Assembly: GCA_965603635.1 (NCBI GenBank)
Contig: CBFDDT010000004.1
Span: 927-64,926, forward strand
Length of the DNA stretch: 64,000 nt
Origin: an uncultured bacterium
Lineage (GTDB): Bacteria > Pseudomonadota > Alphaproteobacteria > UBA8366 > JADFVY01
Reading direction: 5' to 3'
This document shows positions 25,435 to 34,723 of the stretch, in pieces. The stretch's first letter is position 1. The number at the start of each line of letters is the position of its first letter. The position numbers and the translations under genes were made by a program. The notes below the pieces were generated by a model. That model was not told where the DNA came from. It worked only from the letters and a program-made list of their open reading frames with translations, and made no database searches.

Positions 25435-28400
25435 ATGAGCGAACAGACAAATATAAACTCGTCTTCGACATCCAAAGAGAAGCAGCGGTTCCGCGGTTTG
25501 CGTTTGTCGCAGAAGATTACCCTGCTTGTTGTCCTGGTGGCGCTGTTATCGGGCAGCGTCGTCGCCGTCGCGGATTACCGGCTGGCCGCCGGGGAATTAC
25601 GCCAATCGGTCGAGGAAAAGCTGTTGGCCCTTCTCGAGGCGCGCCGCGCGGCGATCATCGACTACCTGGCTTCGATCAGGCGCGACTTGCGAATACAGGC
25701 GGGCAATCCCGTTGTGCTCGACGCATTTCGGGAACTGGCAACCGGTTGGCGAGGCCTCGGCAACGGGGCGGCGCCGCAACTGTACGATATCTACGTCGTC
25801 GAAAATCCTTTTCCGCCGGCCAACCGCAAACAACTGGATAGCCCGGGCGACGGGTCGCCATACAGTTTGGCGCACGAACGTTATCATCCGCTGCTGCGCG
25901 ATTTCGCCGAGCAGTACGGCTACCGCGACCTGCTACTCGTCGATATCCAAGGCACGGTTATTTACTCGGTGATGAAACAGCAGGATTTCACGATCAACTT
26001 GTCTGTCGAGACCGATATCAGCGGTGGCCTGGGCATGGCCTTTCGCGGGATTATCGATAATCCGTCGCCGATGGCCGAGATATTCGTGGATTTCAATACC
26101 TACCTTGGGATGGGCGGCCGACCCACCGGATTCGTCGCCATGCCGCTTAACGGCGAGGGAGGTCAACGGCTCGGCGTGCTGGTTTTCGAAATGCCGGTGC
26201 ACCGAATCAACCGGGTCATGAATGTCGCCGCCGGCATGGGCGAGACGGGAGAAACCTTCATCGCCGGGCAGGATCTTTTGGTTCGTACCGATTCCCGCTT
26301 CTCGACGCACTCGACGATCCTCGATCGCAGGGTCGATTCGGGGCCCGTGAAGGCCGCGCTCGATGGAGAGTCCGGCGTTATGATCAGCGTTGAGACCGAT
26401 AAAGCCGGCAAAAAATCCGAAAAACTGTCTGCCTTTGCGCCGCTGGATTTTCTGGACGCCCGCTGGGCGATCATCGCGCAGGCCGATTTGCGGGAAATCC
26501 TCGCGCCGATCACGCGCATGCGCGACCGCGCGCTTGTCAGCGGTCTGTTGCTCGCCCTTCTGGTTGCCGGTCTGGGTTATGCGGTAGTGCGGTACACGGT
26601 CGTAACGCCGATTTCCGGGATTGCCCATGCGGTGCAGCGATTGACCCGTGGCGAAACCGGCCAGCCGGTACCCTCCGTCGATAGGGGGGACGAGATAGGC
26701 GATATTGCCCGCGCTTTAGTTTTGTACAAGAAAAGCCTGGAAGAACACGACCTGTTGGCCGCGAAACGTGGCGAGGCAACACAGGCCGAGGCAGTGCGCC
26801 ATAGTCTGGCCGAGGCCATCGAGGCGCTGTCCGACGGTTTCATCATGCTCGACCCCGAAGACCGGGTGGTTCTGGTCAATTCGAAATACAGGGAAATCTA
26901 CCATCAGTCGGCGCATCTGCTGACGCCGGGGGCCGATTTCGGGGTGTTTTTAAGGCATCATGTTGAACTTGGAGAGATTGTCGAGGCTCAAGGGCGGGTT
27001 GAGGAATTCCTCGAATACCGGGTTAATGAAATGCAGCCCGGAGAGGTCGTGGAATCACGGCTGGCCAGTGGGCGCTGGCTGAAAATTACGGACTTCCGAA
27101 TGGAGGACGGAGGTATCGCTTCCGTTTGTTCGGACATCACCGACCTTAAACGCCGTGAACTGGCGCTGGTGGAAAGCGAGGAACGATACAGGCTGCTGGT
27201 CGATACGCTACCGGATGGTGTTTTGCTGCATGACTCCGAGCGGATATTGTTCCTGAACCCGATTGGGCGCAAAATCCTAGGGATAGGCGAGGACGAACAG
27301 GTCGAAAAATACCACTACCGCGATTTCGTGCATGACGAACAAAAGGCCGTGGCCGAGGCGCGCATCGCGGCCATTATCCAGCGCGGCGAAGACAATCCAT
27401 TGGCCGAGCGGCGAATACACACTCGTGACGGGCGCGATCTGTATATCGAGATTGCCGCCGTTCCGTTACGGCGCGGGCGCGAGAGATTGGCGCTGGGTGT
27501 CTTTCGCGACCTGACCGAGACTAAACAAGCGCAGGCCCAGATCGAACGCCAGCGAGAGGCGCTGCACCAGAGCGAGAAGTTGAGCGCCCTGGGGTCTCTT
27601 CTGGCCGGCGTGGCGCACGAATTGAATAATCCGCTTTCCATTGTCGTCGCGCAGGCGGTGTTGATGGAAGAGACCAACCGCGATGAAAAAATCATCAAGC
27701 GCGCGAAAAATATCCGCTCGGCGGCCGACCGCTGTGCGCGGATCGTCAAAACCTTCCTGTCGATGGCGCGCCAGCAGACGCCGGAACCGGGTTCGGTGGA
27801 TATAAATGTGCTGGTCGATAACGCCTTGGAACTCATGGGCTATACGCTGCGCACGGCCGGCGTGGAAATTATCGAGAAGCGCGGCGAGGATCTGCCTCTC
27901 GTCTGGGGCGATGCGGACCAACTCCACCAGGTCGTGGCGAACCTGCTGGTGAATGCCCAGCAGGCAATGATGGAGACCCCGGAACCCCGGAGCCTGACGA
28001 TTACCACGGCGTTCGATGCAGGCGCCGACATGGTGACGCTGACCCTCGACGATAGCGGGCCCGGCGTGCCATTGGATATGCGCCCGCGTATATTCGACCC
28101 GTTTTTCACCACCAAACCAACCGGGGTCGGGACGGGGATCGGTCTTTCAGTCTGCCACGGCGTCGTTGAATCGCACGGCGGCAGTATAAATGTTACCGAT
28201 TCGCCCGACGGCGGCGCGAGGTTCGTTATCAAGCTGCCGCCAGCCGGCGCCACGGTCGCGATGGCGGTTGAACCCGAGGCGACGGTGGCCACCGGGGTCA
28301 AGGGGCGGCGTATCCTGGTTGTGGATGACGAGCCGGAAGTCGCCGAATCGCTGGCCGAAATACTTGGTCTGGACGGCCACAGCGTCGATCTTGCCGACAG

Positions 28401-28671
28401 CGGGATAACCGCATTGAAAAGAATTGCCGATACCGACTACGACCTTATCCTGACGGATATGCGAATGCCGAAAATGGATGGGCCGGCCCTGTACAGGGAA
28501 ATCGAAAAGAACCATCCGCATCTGTGTTCGCGGGTCGCCGTGATAACCGGCGATACGCTGGAAGCCGCGGCCAGCGATTTTCTGAAGAAAACAGGACTGC
28601 GCTGGATCGAAAAACCCTTTATTCCCGCCGATTTGAGCAAAGTAATCAAAGAAATGCTGGGTGACGATTAG
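25435..28671 (+). CDS. Hybrid sensor histidine kinase (TM-Cache-TM-HAMP-PAS-PAS-HisKA-HATPase-REC)
   Basis: Two TM segments, GMGETGETFI Cache motif, DEIGDIARA HAMP, AHELNNPL H-box, DSGPGVP, FFTTK, GTGIGL, C-terminal VVDDE...D.RMP...KP. Confidence 0.93.
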   Translation: MSEQTNINSSSTSKEKQRFRGLRLSQKITLLVVLVALLSGSVVAVADYRLAAGELRQSVEEKLLALLEARRAAIIDYLASIRRDLRIQAGNPVVLDAFRELATGWRGLGNGAAPQLYDIYVVENPFPPANRKQLDSPGDGSPYSLAHERYHPLLRDFAEQYGYRDLLLVDIQGTVIYSVMKQQDFTINLSVETDISGGLGMAFRGIIDNPSPMAEIFVDFNTYLGMGGRPTGFVAMPLNGEGGQRLGVLVFEMPVHRINRVMNVAAGMGETGETFIAGQDLLVRTDSRFSTHSTILDRRVDSGPVKAALDGESGVMISVETDKAGKKSEKLSAFAPLDFLDARWAIIAQADLREILAPITRMRDRALVSGLLLALLVAGLGYAVVRYTVVTPISGIAHAVQRLTRGETGQPVPSVDRGDEIGDIARALVLYKKSLEEHDLLAAKRGEATQAEAVRHSLAEAIEALSDGFIMLDPEDRVVLVNSKYREIYHQSAHLLTPGADFGVFLRHHVELGEIVEAQGRVEEFLEYRVNEMQPGEVVESRLASGRWLKITDFRMEDGGIASVCSDITDLKRRELALVESEERYRLLVDTLPDGVLLHDSERILFLNPIGRKILGIGEDEQVEKYHYRDFVHDEQKAVAEARIAAIIQRGEDNPLAERRIHTRDGRDLYIEIAAVPLRRGRERLALGVFRDLTETKQAQAQIERQREALHQSEKLSALGSLLAGVAHELNNPLSIVVAQAVLMEETNRDEKIIKRAKNIRSAADRCARIVKTFLSMARQQTPEPGSVDINVLVDNALELMGYTLRTAGVEIIEKRGEDLPLVWGDADQLHQVVANLLVNAQQAMMETPEPRSLTITTAFDAGADMVTLTLDDSGPGVPLDMRPRIFDPFFTTKPTGVGTGIGLSVCHGVVESHGGSINVTDSPDGGARFVIKLPPAGATVAMAVEPEATVATGVKGRRILVVDDEPEVAESLAEILGLDGHSVDLADSGITALKRIADTDYDLILTDMRMPKMDGPALYREIEKNHPHLCSRVAVITGDTLEAAASDFLKKTGLRWIEKPFIPADLSKVIKEMLGDD

Positions 28672-28675
28672 GGTA

Positions 28676-29398
28676 TTACCCCTCGGCGTCGGGCACGAAC
28701 ATGTAGCCGGCGCCGCGGATGGTTTTCAGAATCTGCGGTTTGGAGGGGTCTTTTTCGATTTTTCGCCTTAACCGCGCGATCCGGACATCGATGCTGCGGT
28801 CGAACGGGTCGTTGTTCTGGCTGTGCGACAGATCCAGCAGTTGGTCCCTGTTCAAAACCCGGTTGGCGTTGCCGGCGAAGGTTTGCAGCAGATCGTACTC
28901 CATGCTGGTGAGCTGAATTTCCTCGCCATTTTCATCGAACAGTTTGTGCGATGCCGTGTTCAGGATCAGGCGGCCGACCTTCATCTCGTCTTCGCCGGTC
29001 TCATTCCCCGGCGCCGGAGAATCCGAGGCGACCCGGCGAAGCACGCTTTTTATCCGGGCCAGCAACTCGCGCAGATCGAAGGGCTTGCCCATATAATCGT
29101 CGGCGCCGATTTCCAGCCCGATAATCCTGTCCAGGGTCTGGCCCGCGGCCGTCAGGATGACGATCCCGACGTTGGAATGTTCGCGCAGATACCGGGCGAT
29201 CGTCAGCCCGTCCTCGCCCGGCATGTTGAGGTCCAGGATCACCAGATCCGGCGGCTTGCCGGCGGCCATGATCGCGCGCAGCGCCTCGCCGCCATCGGCA
29301 AGACTGACCTCGAAACCATGCAGTTCGAGATATTCGCCCACCGCCTCGCGGATCTGGGCTTCGTCATCGACGACGGCTATATGGGGCATGTCGGACAT
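28676..29398 (-). CDS. OmpR-family response regulator
   Basis: VVDDE, LDLNMPGEDG, GADDY.GKPF, FDRSIDVRIARLRRKIE, KTIRGAGY. Confidence 0.95.
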   Translation of the reverse strand: MSDMPHIAVVDDEAQIREAVGEYLELHGFEVSLADGGEALRAIMAAGKPPDLVILDLNMPGEDGLTIARYLREHSNVGIVILTAAGQTLDRIIGLEIGADDYMGKPFDLRELLARIKSVLRRVASDSPAPGNETGEDEMKVGRLILNTASHKLFDENGEEIQLTSMEYDLLQTFAGNANRVLNRDQLLDLSHSQNNDPFDRSIDVRIARLRRKIEKDPSKPQILKTIRGAGYMFVPDAEG

Positions 29399-29721
29399 CT
29401 ACGGTCGCTGACCTCAATAATATCAAGCGCAACATTGAAAAGCATTTCTAACGCGAATGCATGGTGAATGCCACGGTAACAATTGTAACAATTTTCGTCT
29501 TGGCAGAAATCTTTGCGCAACAGTAGGGGAGTAGAAACGAAATTGCGAACACGGTGATACGACCCTTGGAAGATCGCAGGCTGGGTTCGCATTCGGCAAA
29601 CGCCGAAGGCGAACAAGTAATGGTTGGGGATACAGCCGCAAGGATTGCAGACGGGGAGGTCTCGGCAGTCCTCATGCGGCAAAGGGGAACCAGGATACGC
29701 CATGGGCGCATGGAGAAGAAA

Positions 29722-30102
29722 ATGAGGACTACCATCGTGAAGACAAGCATCGCGGCAGCCATTGTCGCGTTGGGATTTGGGGCATACCCGTCCCAGTCGC
29801 CGGCCGGTGAACCCGGTGGCGCCGCCGATACGTTGCAGCGCGCCTGCACCGTGGCGGCGGGGCGTTTCGAGGAAGGGTGGATTTACAGCGACACCGGCGT
29901 TCAATGGGGTGAGTTTACGTCCTGTGTCACCGAGAACATTCGCCTGACCTGCCAGGACGATACCTGCAGGGCGACGGGCCTGGTTCGTAACGGACAGAAC
30001 GTCGTCCTGGTGAAACAGAAGGCGTCCGTTGACCTGGGCATCACTGTAAGGTCCGAACGGGACGCGTTCGATCGGATACTGAGAAACACGGCGATGTACT
30101 AG
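29722..30102 (+). CDS. Small secreted Cys-containing hypothetical protein
   Basis: GGAG RBS, signal-like MRTTIVKTSIAAAIVALG, four Cys; stop lies within the CTAG repeat. Confidence 0.6.
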   Translation: MRTTIVKTSIAAAIVALGFGAYPSQSPAGEPGGAADTLQRACTVAAGRFEEGWIYSDTGVQWGEFTSCVTENIRLTCQDDTCRATGLVRNGQNVVLVKQKASVDLGITVRSERDAFDRILRNTAMY

Positions 30103-30210
30103 AGCATCATCCGATCAATTGGAATCGCTTATGCGATCCACTTTATCGGATAAAGATGCTCTATCTCCTCAAAATGTAGAGCAATTTTATCCGATCGGAT
30201 ATTGCTCTAG
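30099..30210. repeat. CTAG-bounded two-palindrome repeat, copy 2
   Basis: CTAGAGCATCATCCGATCAATTGGAATCGCTTATGCGAT identical to the start of copy 1; second palindrome shortened; ends ATTGCTCTAG. Confidence 0.85.
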
Positions 30211-30319
30211 GACTGATTATGCGGCGCTTGCCGGTCTGGTTTTTATGTGGGGGATACTTCAAAGCCGGGCCGGCTGGCTCCGCCGCCAGGCTCCACGGGA
30301 ATTCAAGGGTGAACGACTA

Positions 30320-30601
30320 ATGTACCGCACTGACGAATATAACGAAAACAACACTTCCGGCATCGCGACCGCCCTTGCGGCCCTCGCCCTGGCCCTGGAA
30401 GAAAAAGGCGCCATACGCAAAAGCGACTACAGCGAAGCTCTGCGCCGCCTTTGGGACGAAATGCCGGAAGACGAAGCGGTCGGCGAATCGGGTGCGATTA
30501 TCGAGAAAGTTCTCGGTGTTCTTGCCGTCACGGACACCCGGGCGCCGGCGGGAAACGGTGTGGGTGAGGCGACGGAAGCCGTGATTCTGCGGGTCGCCTG
30601 A
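30320..30601 (+). CDS. Small helical hypothetical protein
   Basis: 93-aa ORF from MYRTDEY with amphipathic helices; the longer annotated ORF runs through the repeat and is unlikely. Confidence 0.5.
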   Translation: MYRTDEYNENNTSGIATALAALALALEEKGAIRKSDYSEALRRLWDEMPEDEAVGESGAIIEKVLGVLAVTDTRAPAGNGVGEATEAVILRVA

Positions 30602-30608
30602 ATAACCC

Positions 30609-33119
30609 TTATTTCTTCCGGTCCATACTCTTCTTAGAGCGCCTGGTCGGTACGGCCCCCAACGGGTCGTCCGGCCAGAAATGTTTCGGGTACCGACCTT
30701 TCATTTCCGCCTTCACCTGGGCGTAGCTGCCCAGCCAAAACCCGGCCAGGTCGCGGGTGACCTGCAGCGGCCGCCCCGCCGGCGACAGCAAATGAACCAG
30801 CACCGGAACCCGGCCGCCCGCAACGGCCGGCGTTTCGGCCTCTCCCAGCATTTCCTGCAGGCGAACACGCAGAACCGGCCCGTCCGCCTCATCGTAATCC
30901 AGCGCCAGGCGCGACCCCGTCGGGGCGGTCCAGTGTGTCGGCGCGCCTTCCTCCAGAATCTGGCCCTGCTCCCAGGTCAGCAGGCTGGCGAGCGCCGATT
31001 TCAGGTCGGCCTTTTGCAAGGCGTCCCGGCTCGCGACGCCCGACAGGAAGGGCGCCAGCCAATCGGCCAGTCCGTCCATCAGGCAGGCATCCGACACATC
31101 CGGCCAGTCGGCGCCGCGATAATCCAGGCCGCGCAGAAACATGATCCGCGCCCGCCATGCCCGCGTGGCGCCGGTCCAGGGCAGGGCGTCCGGCCCCATG
31201 CGGCGGATGCCCGCCAGCATCGCCTCCAGCATGGCCTCTGGTGGTGGGTTCCCTAGCGGTGTTTCCTTCAGGGTAATGGCGCCCAATTGCCGCCGCCGCG
31301 CCGCAATGACTTTATGTTGCCGGTCGTCCCATTCGACGCGGTCGGTCTGTTCCATGTCTCCTTCGAACAGCGTCTCGATCCGCGCGGCGGCCAACGGCGC
31401 CGCCAGATAGATCCGCGCATCCGCCCGCGCCCCGCCCAGATCGGCCACCGCCAGCCAATCCTCGGCCGCCAGCCGGTCACCCTCCGGCAATACCGCGCCG
31501 CGCCCGTTGCGCAGCAGATAACGCGCCTCCGCGCCCCGGCGCTTGGCGACCCGGTCGGGATAGGCCAGCGCCAGCAATTCCCCCGCGTCGCCCCCGCCGC
31601 CAGAAACCTTCAAGCGGCGGCGCAGGTCCTTCGCGGCCCGGCGTACGCGCTCCAGTGCCCCGCGATGCGCCTTGCCGCCGCTATCGCCATGCAGGGCCGC
31701 AAGTCGGCTGCGCAGGTCGCAATCGTCCCGCTCGCCGAGGATGTCCCGTTCCTCCAGCAGGGCGGCGATATCGCAAGCCAATCCGCCATGCCCCGCCGCC
31801 TTGCCAGCGACCAGCATATGGGCCAACCGCGGATGCATCGGCAGCCGCCCCATCTCCTTACCCTGGGTGGTGACCCGGCCATCACGATCCAGTGCGCCAA
31901 GTTCCCTCAACAGTTCTTGCGCCTGGGCGTACTGGGCCACAGGCGGCGGGTCCGGCCAGCGCAGTTCCGCCGGGTCGGTTACGCCCCAGCGCGCCAGATC
32001 AAGCGCCAGCGGCGCCAGGTCGGCCTCCATGATCTCCGGTGTTTCGAACCGGGCCAGCGCCACGGTCTCGGCTTCCGGCCACAGGCGGTAACAGATTCCG
32101 GGTTCCAGCCGGCCCGCGCGGCCGCGCCGCTGGTCGGCTCCGGCGCGCGATACCCGGCGCGTTTCCAGCCGCGTCATGCCGCTTTGCGGGTCGAAGCGCG
32201 GTTTGCGCCGGTAACCGCCATCGATGACGATGCGGATACCCTCGATGGTCAGGCTGGTCTCGGCGATATCGGTGGCGAGGACCACCTTGCGGATGCCCGG
32301 CGGGGCGGGACGTACGGCTGCGTCCTGATCCCTGGCCGGCAGCGCCCCGAACAAGGGCGCGATGCGGATATTCGGGCCGAGATCGGCTTCTTCCAGCAAG
32401 GCCTGTACGCGCCTGATTTCGCCCTCGCCGGGCAGGAAGGCCAGGATGCTGCCATCTTCCTCGCGCAACGCGGTCCGGATCGCCGCCGCCATGGCGCGGT
32501 CGATGCCACGGGGCTCCGGCCGGCCCAGATGGCGGGTCTCGACGGGGAAAACGCGGCCCTCGCTGGCGATAACCGGGACATCGCCCATCAGCGAGGCCAC
32601 GGCCGTGCCGTCCAGCGTCGCCGACATCGGCAGAATCCGCAAATCCTCGCGCAAAGCCTCGCGTGCCTCCAGGCAGAGCGCCAGGCCCAGATCGGTATGG
32701 ATGCCGCGTTCGTGGAACTCGTCGAAGATCACCGCGCCGACGCCGGCCAGTTCCGGATCGTCGATCAGGCGCCGCGTCAGGATACCCTCGGTAATCACCT
32801 CGATACGGGTGGCGGGGCCGACCTTGCTTTCCATGCGCACCCGGTAGCCGACGGTCTGGCCGACCTCCTCGCCCAGCAGTTCCGCCATGCGCCGCGCCGC
32901 CATGCGCGCCGCCAGCCGCCGGGGCTCCAGCACCAGGACCTTGCCGCCACCCAGCCATTCCTCGCCCAACAGCGCCAGGGGAACCAGCGTCGTCTTCCCC
33001 GCCCCGGGCGGCGCCTCGAGGACGGCGCCCGTTCCGCCACGCAACGCATCGCGGAGGCGGGGCAGCGTTTCCTCGACGGGCAGGCCCGTGGCCGGGAACG
33101 GTGGCAGTGTGAGTAGCAT
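30609..33119 (-). CDS. hrpB: ATP-dependent RNA helicase HrpB
   Basis: APPGAGKTT, EPRRLAAR, DEFHER, MSAT, ATDIAETSLTIEG, QRRGRAGR, LLSPAGRPLQVT.DL..FW, GRYPKH.WP. Start approximate. Confidence 0.95.
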   Translation of the reverse strand: MLLTLPPFPATGLPVEETLPRLRDALRGGTGAVLEAPPGAGKTTLVPLALLGEEWLGGGKVLVLEPRRLAARMAARRMAELLGEEVGQTVGYRVRMESKVGPATRIEVITEGILTRRLIDDPELAGVGAVIFDEFHERGIHTDLGLALCLEAREALREDLRILPMSATLDGTAVASLMGDVPVIASEGRVFPVETRHLGRPEPRGIDRAMAAAIRTALREEDGSILAFLPGEGEIRRVQALLEEADLGPNIRIAPLFGALPARDQDAAVRPAPPGIRKVVLATDIAETSLTIEGIRIVIDGGYRRKPRFDPQSGMTRLETRRVSRAGADQRRGRAGRLEPGICYRLWPEAETVALARFETPEIMEADLAPLALDLARWGVTDPAELRWPDPPPVAQYAQAQELLRELGALDRDGRVTTQGKEMGRLPMHPRLAHMLVAGKAAGHGGLACDIAALLEERDILGERDDCDLRSRLAALHGDSGGKAHRGALERVRRAAKDLRRRLKVSGGGGDAGELLALAYPDRVAKRRGAEARYLLRNGRGAVLPEGDRLAAEDWLAVADLGGARADARIYLAAPLAAARIETLFEGDMEQTDRVEWDDRQHKVIAARRRQLGAITLKETPLGNPPPEAMLEAMLAGIRRMGPDALPWTGATRAWRARIMFLRGLDYRGADWPDVSDACLMDGLADWLAPFLSGVASRDALQKADLKSALASLLTWEQGQILEEGAPTHWTAPTGSRLALDYDEADGPVLRVRLQEMLGEAETPAVAGGRVPVLVHLLSPAGRPLQVTRDLAGFWLGSYAQVKAEMKGRYPKHFWPDDPLGAVPTRRSKKSMDRKK

Positions 33120-33278
33120 CGGCATGGCCCTTACAGGAAAACGGAACATTTTCGCCAAGGCCATAGGCCACGGCGGCAAAGTTTAGTATACTTGCCGACA
33201 AGCGGTCGAGAACCCAAACTCTACTACGATCGCCAATAGCCGAAACAAATTCGGCAGGATAAAACAGGGAGTTGAGGA

Positions 33279-33635
33279 ATGTGTCAGATTTTCGCCGGAC
33301 AGGATCCCGACGGGTACCAGCCCGTCACCCGCTCCATTCGTCTTGGTGGGCACTCTACGTCGATTAGGCTCGAGAATTCCTATTGGAGCATTCTGGACGA
33401 AGTTGCCGCTGCCCAGGGCATGACGACGCCGCGATTTCTTAGTGTGCTTTACGACGAGGTTCTGGAACTTCATGGCGAGGTCCGCAACTTCGCCTCGTTG
33501 CTGCGGGTCTCCTGCACCAGTTTCGTCGAAAACCGGGAACGGACTCTCGCGGCGGCACAGGCGGAGCGACCGGCTCAAAGGCGCGAATCCGCGGTGCGCG
33601 GCCTGGAAAACGGGGTCGCCGCCGCCCGCGCCTGA
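33279..33635 (+). CDS. Ribbon-helix-helix domain protein
   Basis: TRSIRLGGHSTSIRLEN.YW.ILDE, NFASLLRV.C. Confidence 0.85.
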   Translation: MCQIFAGQDPDGYQPVTRSIRLGGHSTSIRLENSYWSILDEVAAAQGMTTPRFLSVLYDEVLELHGEVRNFASLLRVSCTSFVENRERTLAAAQAERPAQRRESAVRGLENGVAAARA

Positions 33636-33723
33636 ATTGTAGTATTGGACTAACACCACCTGTCCGCCCGGGAAGCGTAATCTTGCCATTGGTTTTGTAA
33701 TTCAATGAACAAGGGGCGCCGTG

Positions 33724-34119
33724 ATGGCCAAGGCAATTCACACCATGATCCGGGTTCTGGACCTGGATCGCTCCGTCGATTTCTACGACAAGGCCTTCGG
33801 CATGAAGGTCGCCGACCGCTTTGATTTCGATGGCTTCGCGCTGGTCTATCTGCGTAACGACGAAAACGATTTTGAAATTGAGCTGACCTGGAACGAAGAC
33901 CAGGCTGAACCCTATAGCCACGGCGACGGCTATGGGCATGTCGCTGTCTGCGTTGACGACGCCAACGCCGAACATGCGCGGTTCGCGTCCCTCGGGCTCG
34001 CACCCAACGACGTCAAGGAATTCAACCGCGAAGGATCGCTGATGGCGCGGTTTTTCTTCGTGCAGGATCCCGACGGCTACAAGATCGAGGTCCTGGAACG
34101 GCATGGCCGCTATCAGTAA
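33724..34119 (+). CDS. VOC family protein (glyoxalase I-like)
   Basis: HTMIRV.DLDRS, EIELTWN, GDGYGHVA, FFVQDPDGYKIE. Confidence 0.9.
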   Translation: MAKAIHTMIRVLDLDRSVDFYDKAFGMKVADRFDFDGFALVYLRNDENDFEIELTWNEDQAEPYSHGDGYGHVAVCVDDANAEHARFASLGLAPNDVKEFNREGSLMARFFFVQDPDGYKIEVLERHGRYQ

Positions 34120-34150
34120 AAATAAAACTTTAACAGTGGAGGAAACCCCT

Positions 34151-34699
34151 ATGAAACAAACAGATGTGGACCGCAGGCTGTTCCTGCGGGGAAGCGCGGC
34201 GATAGCCGCCGGGGCAAGCCTCGGCATGCTGGGGCCATGGGCTGATGCGCTGGCCGCGGCCGCCGATATGAAGGCGCTGAACAAGACCGAGGTAGCGGCA
34301 ATTCTCGCGGTAGCACGCCGGACCTTTCCCCACGATCAACTGGCGGACAAGTTCTATATGGGCGTGGTCTCCGCGCTGGACGACAAGGCGGCCGGCGATG
34401 CCGACACCGCCAAAATGCTTTCCGACGGCGTCGCCAGCATCAACAAGGCCCTGGGCAAGCCCTTCAAGGACGCCAGCGCCGACCAGCAGCTTACACTGCT
34501 GAAGGGGATGACCGGCGACGGCTTCTTCCAGGCGGTGCGCGGCACCTCGGTCACCGCGCTCTATAACAACAAGGAACTGTGGCCGCTGTTTGGTTACGAG
34601 GGTTCGTCGTTCGAACATGGCGGCTATATCGACCGCGGTTTCGACGATCTTTCCTGGCTGCCCGATCCCCCGGAATCGGCAAGCCCGAAACCAGAATAA
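34151..34699 (+). CDS. Tat-exported small subunit, gluconate 2-dehydrogenase subunit 3-like
   Basis: DRRLFL Tat motif; FPHD, LYNN...W..FGYEG.S...GGYIDRGF.DL.WLP. Confidence 0.85.
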   Translation: MKQTDVDRRLFLRGSAAIAAGASLGMLGPWADALAAAADMKALNKTEVAAILAVARRTFPHDQLADKFYMGVVSALDDKAAGDADTAKMLSDGVASINKALGKPFKDASADQQLTLLKGMTGDGFFQAVRGTSVTALYNNKELWPLFGYEGSSFEHGGYIDRGFDDLSWLPDPPESASPKPE

Positions 34700-34723
34700 C
34701 GATAGCACCAGGGAGGAACAATC

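Noticed and set aside
30119-30319. N-terminal extension of the 160-aa ORF
   Set aside because: It starts inside the CTAG repeat; the ATG at 30320 is the more plausible start.
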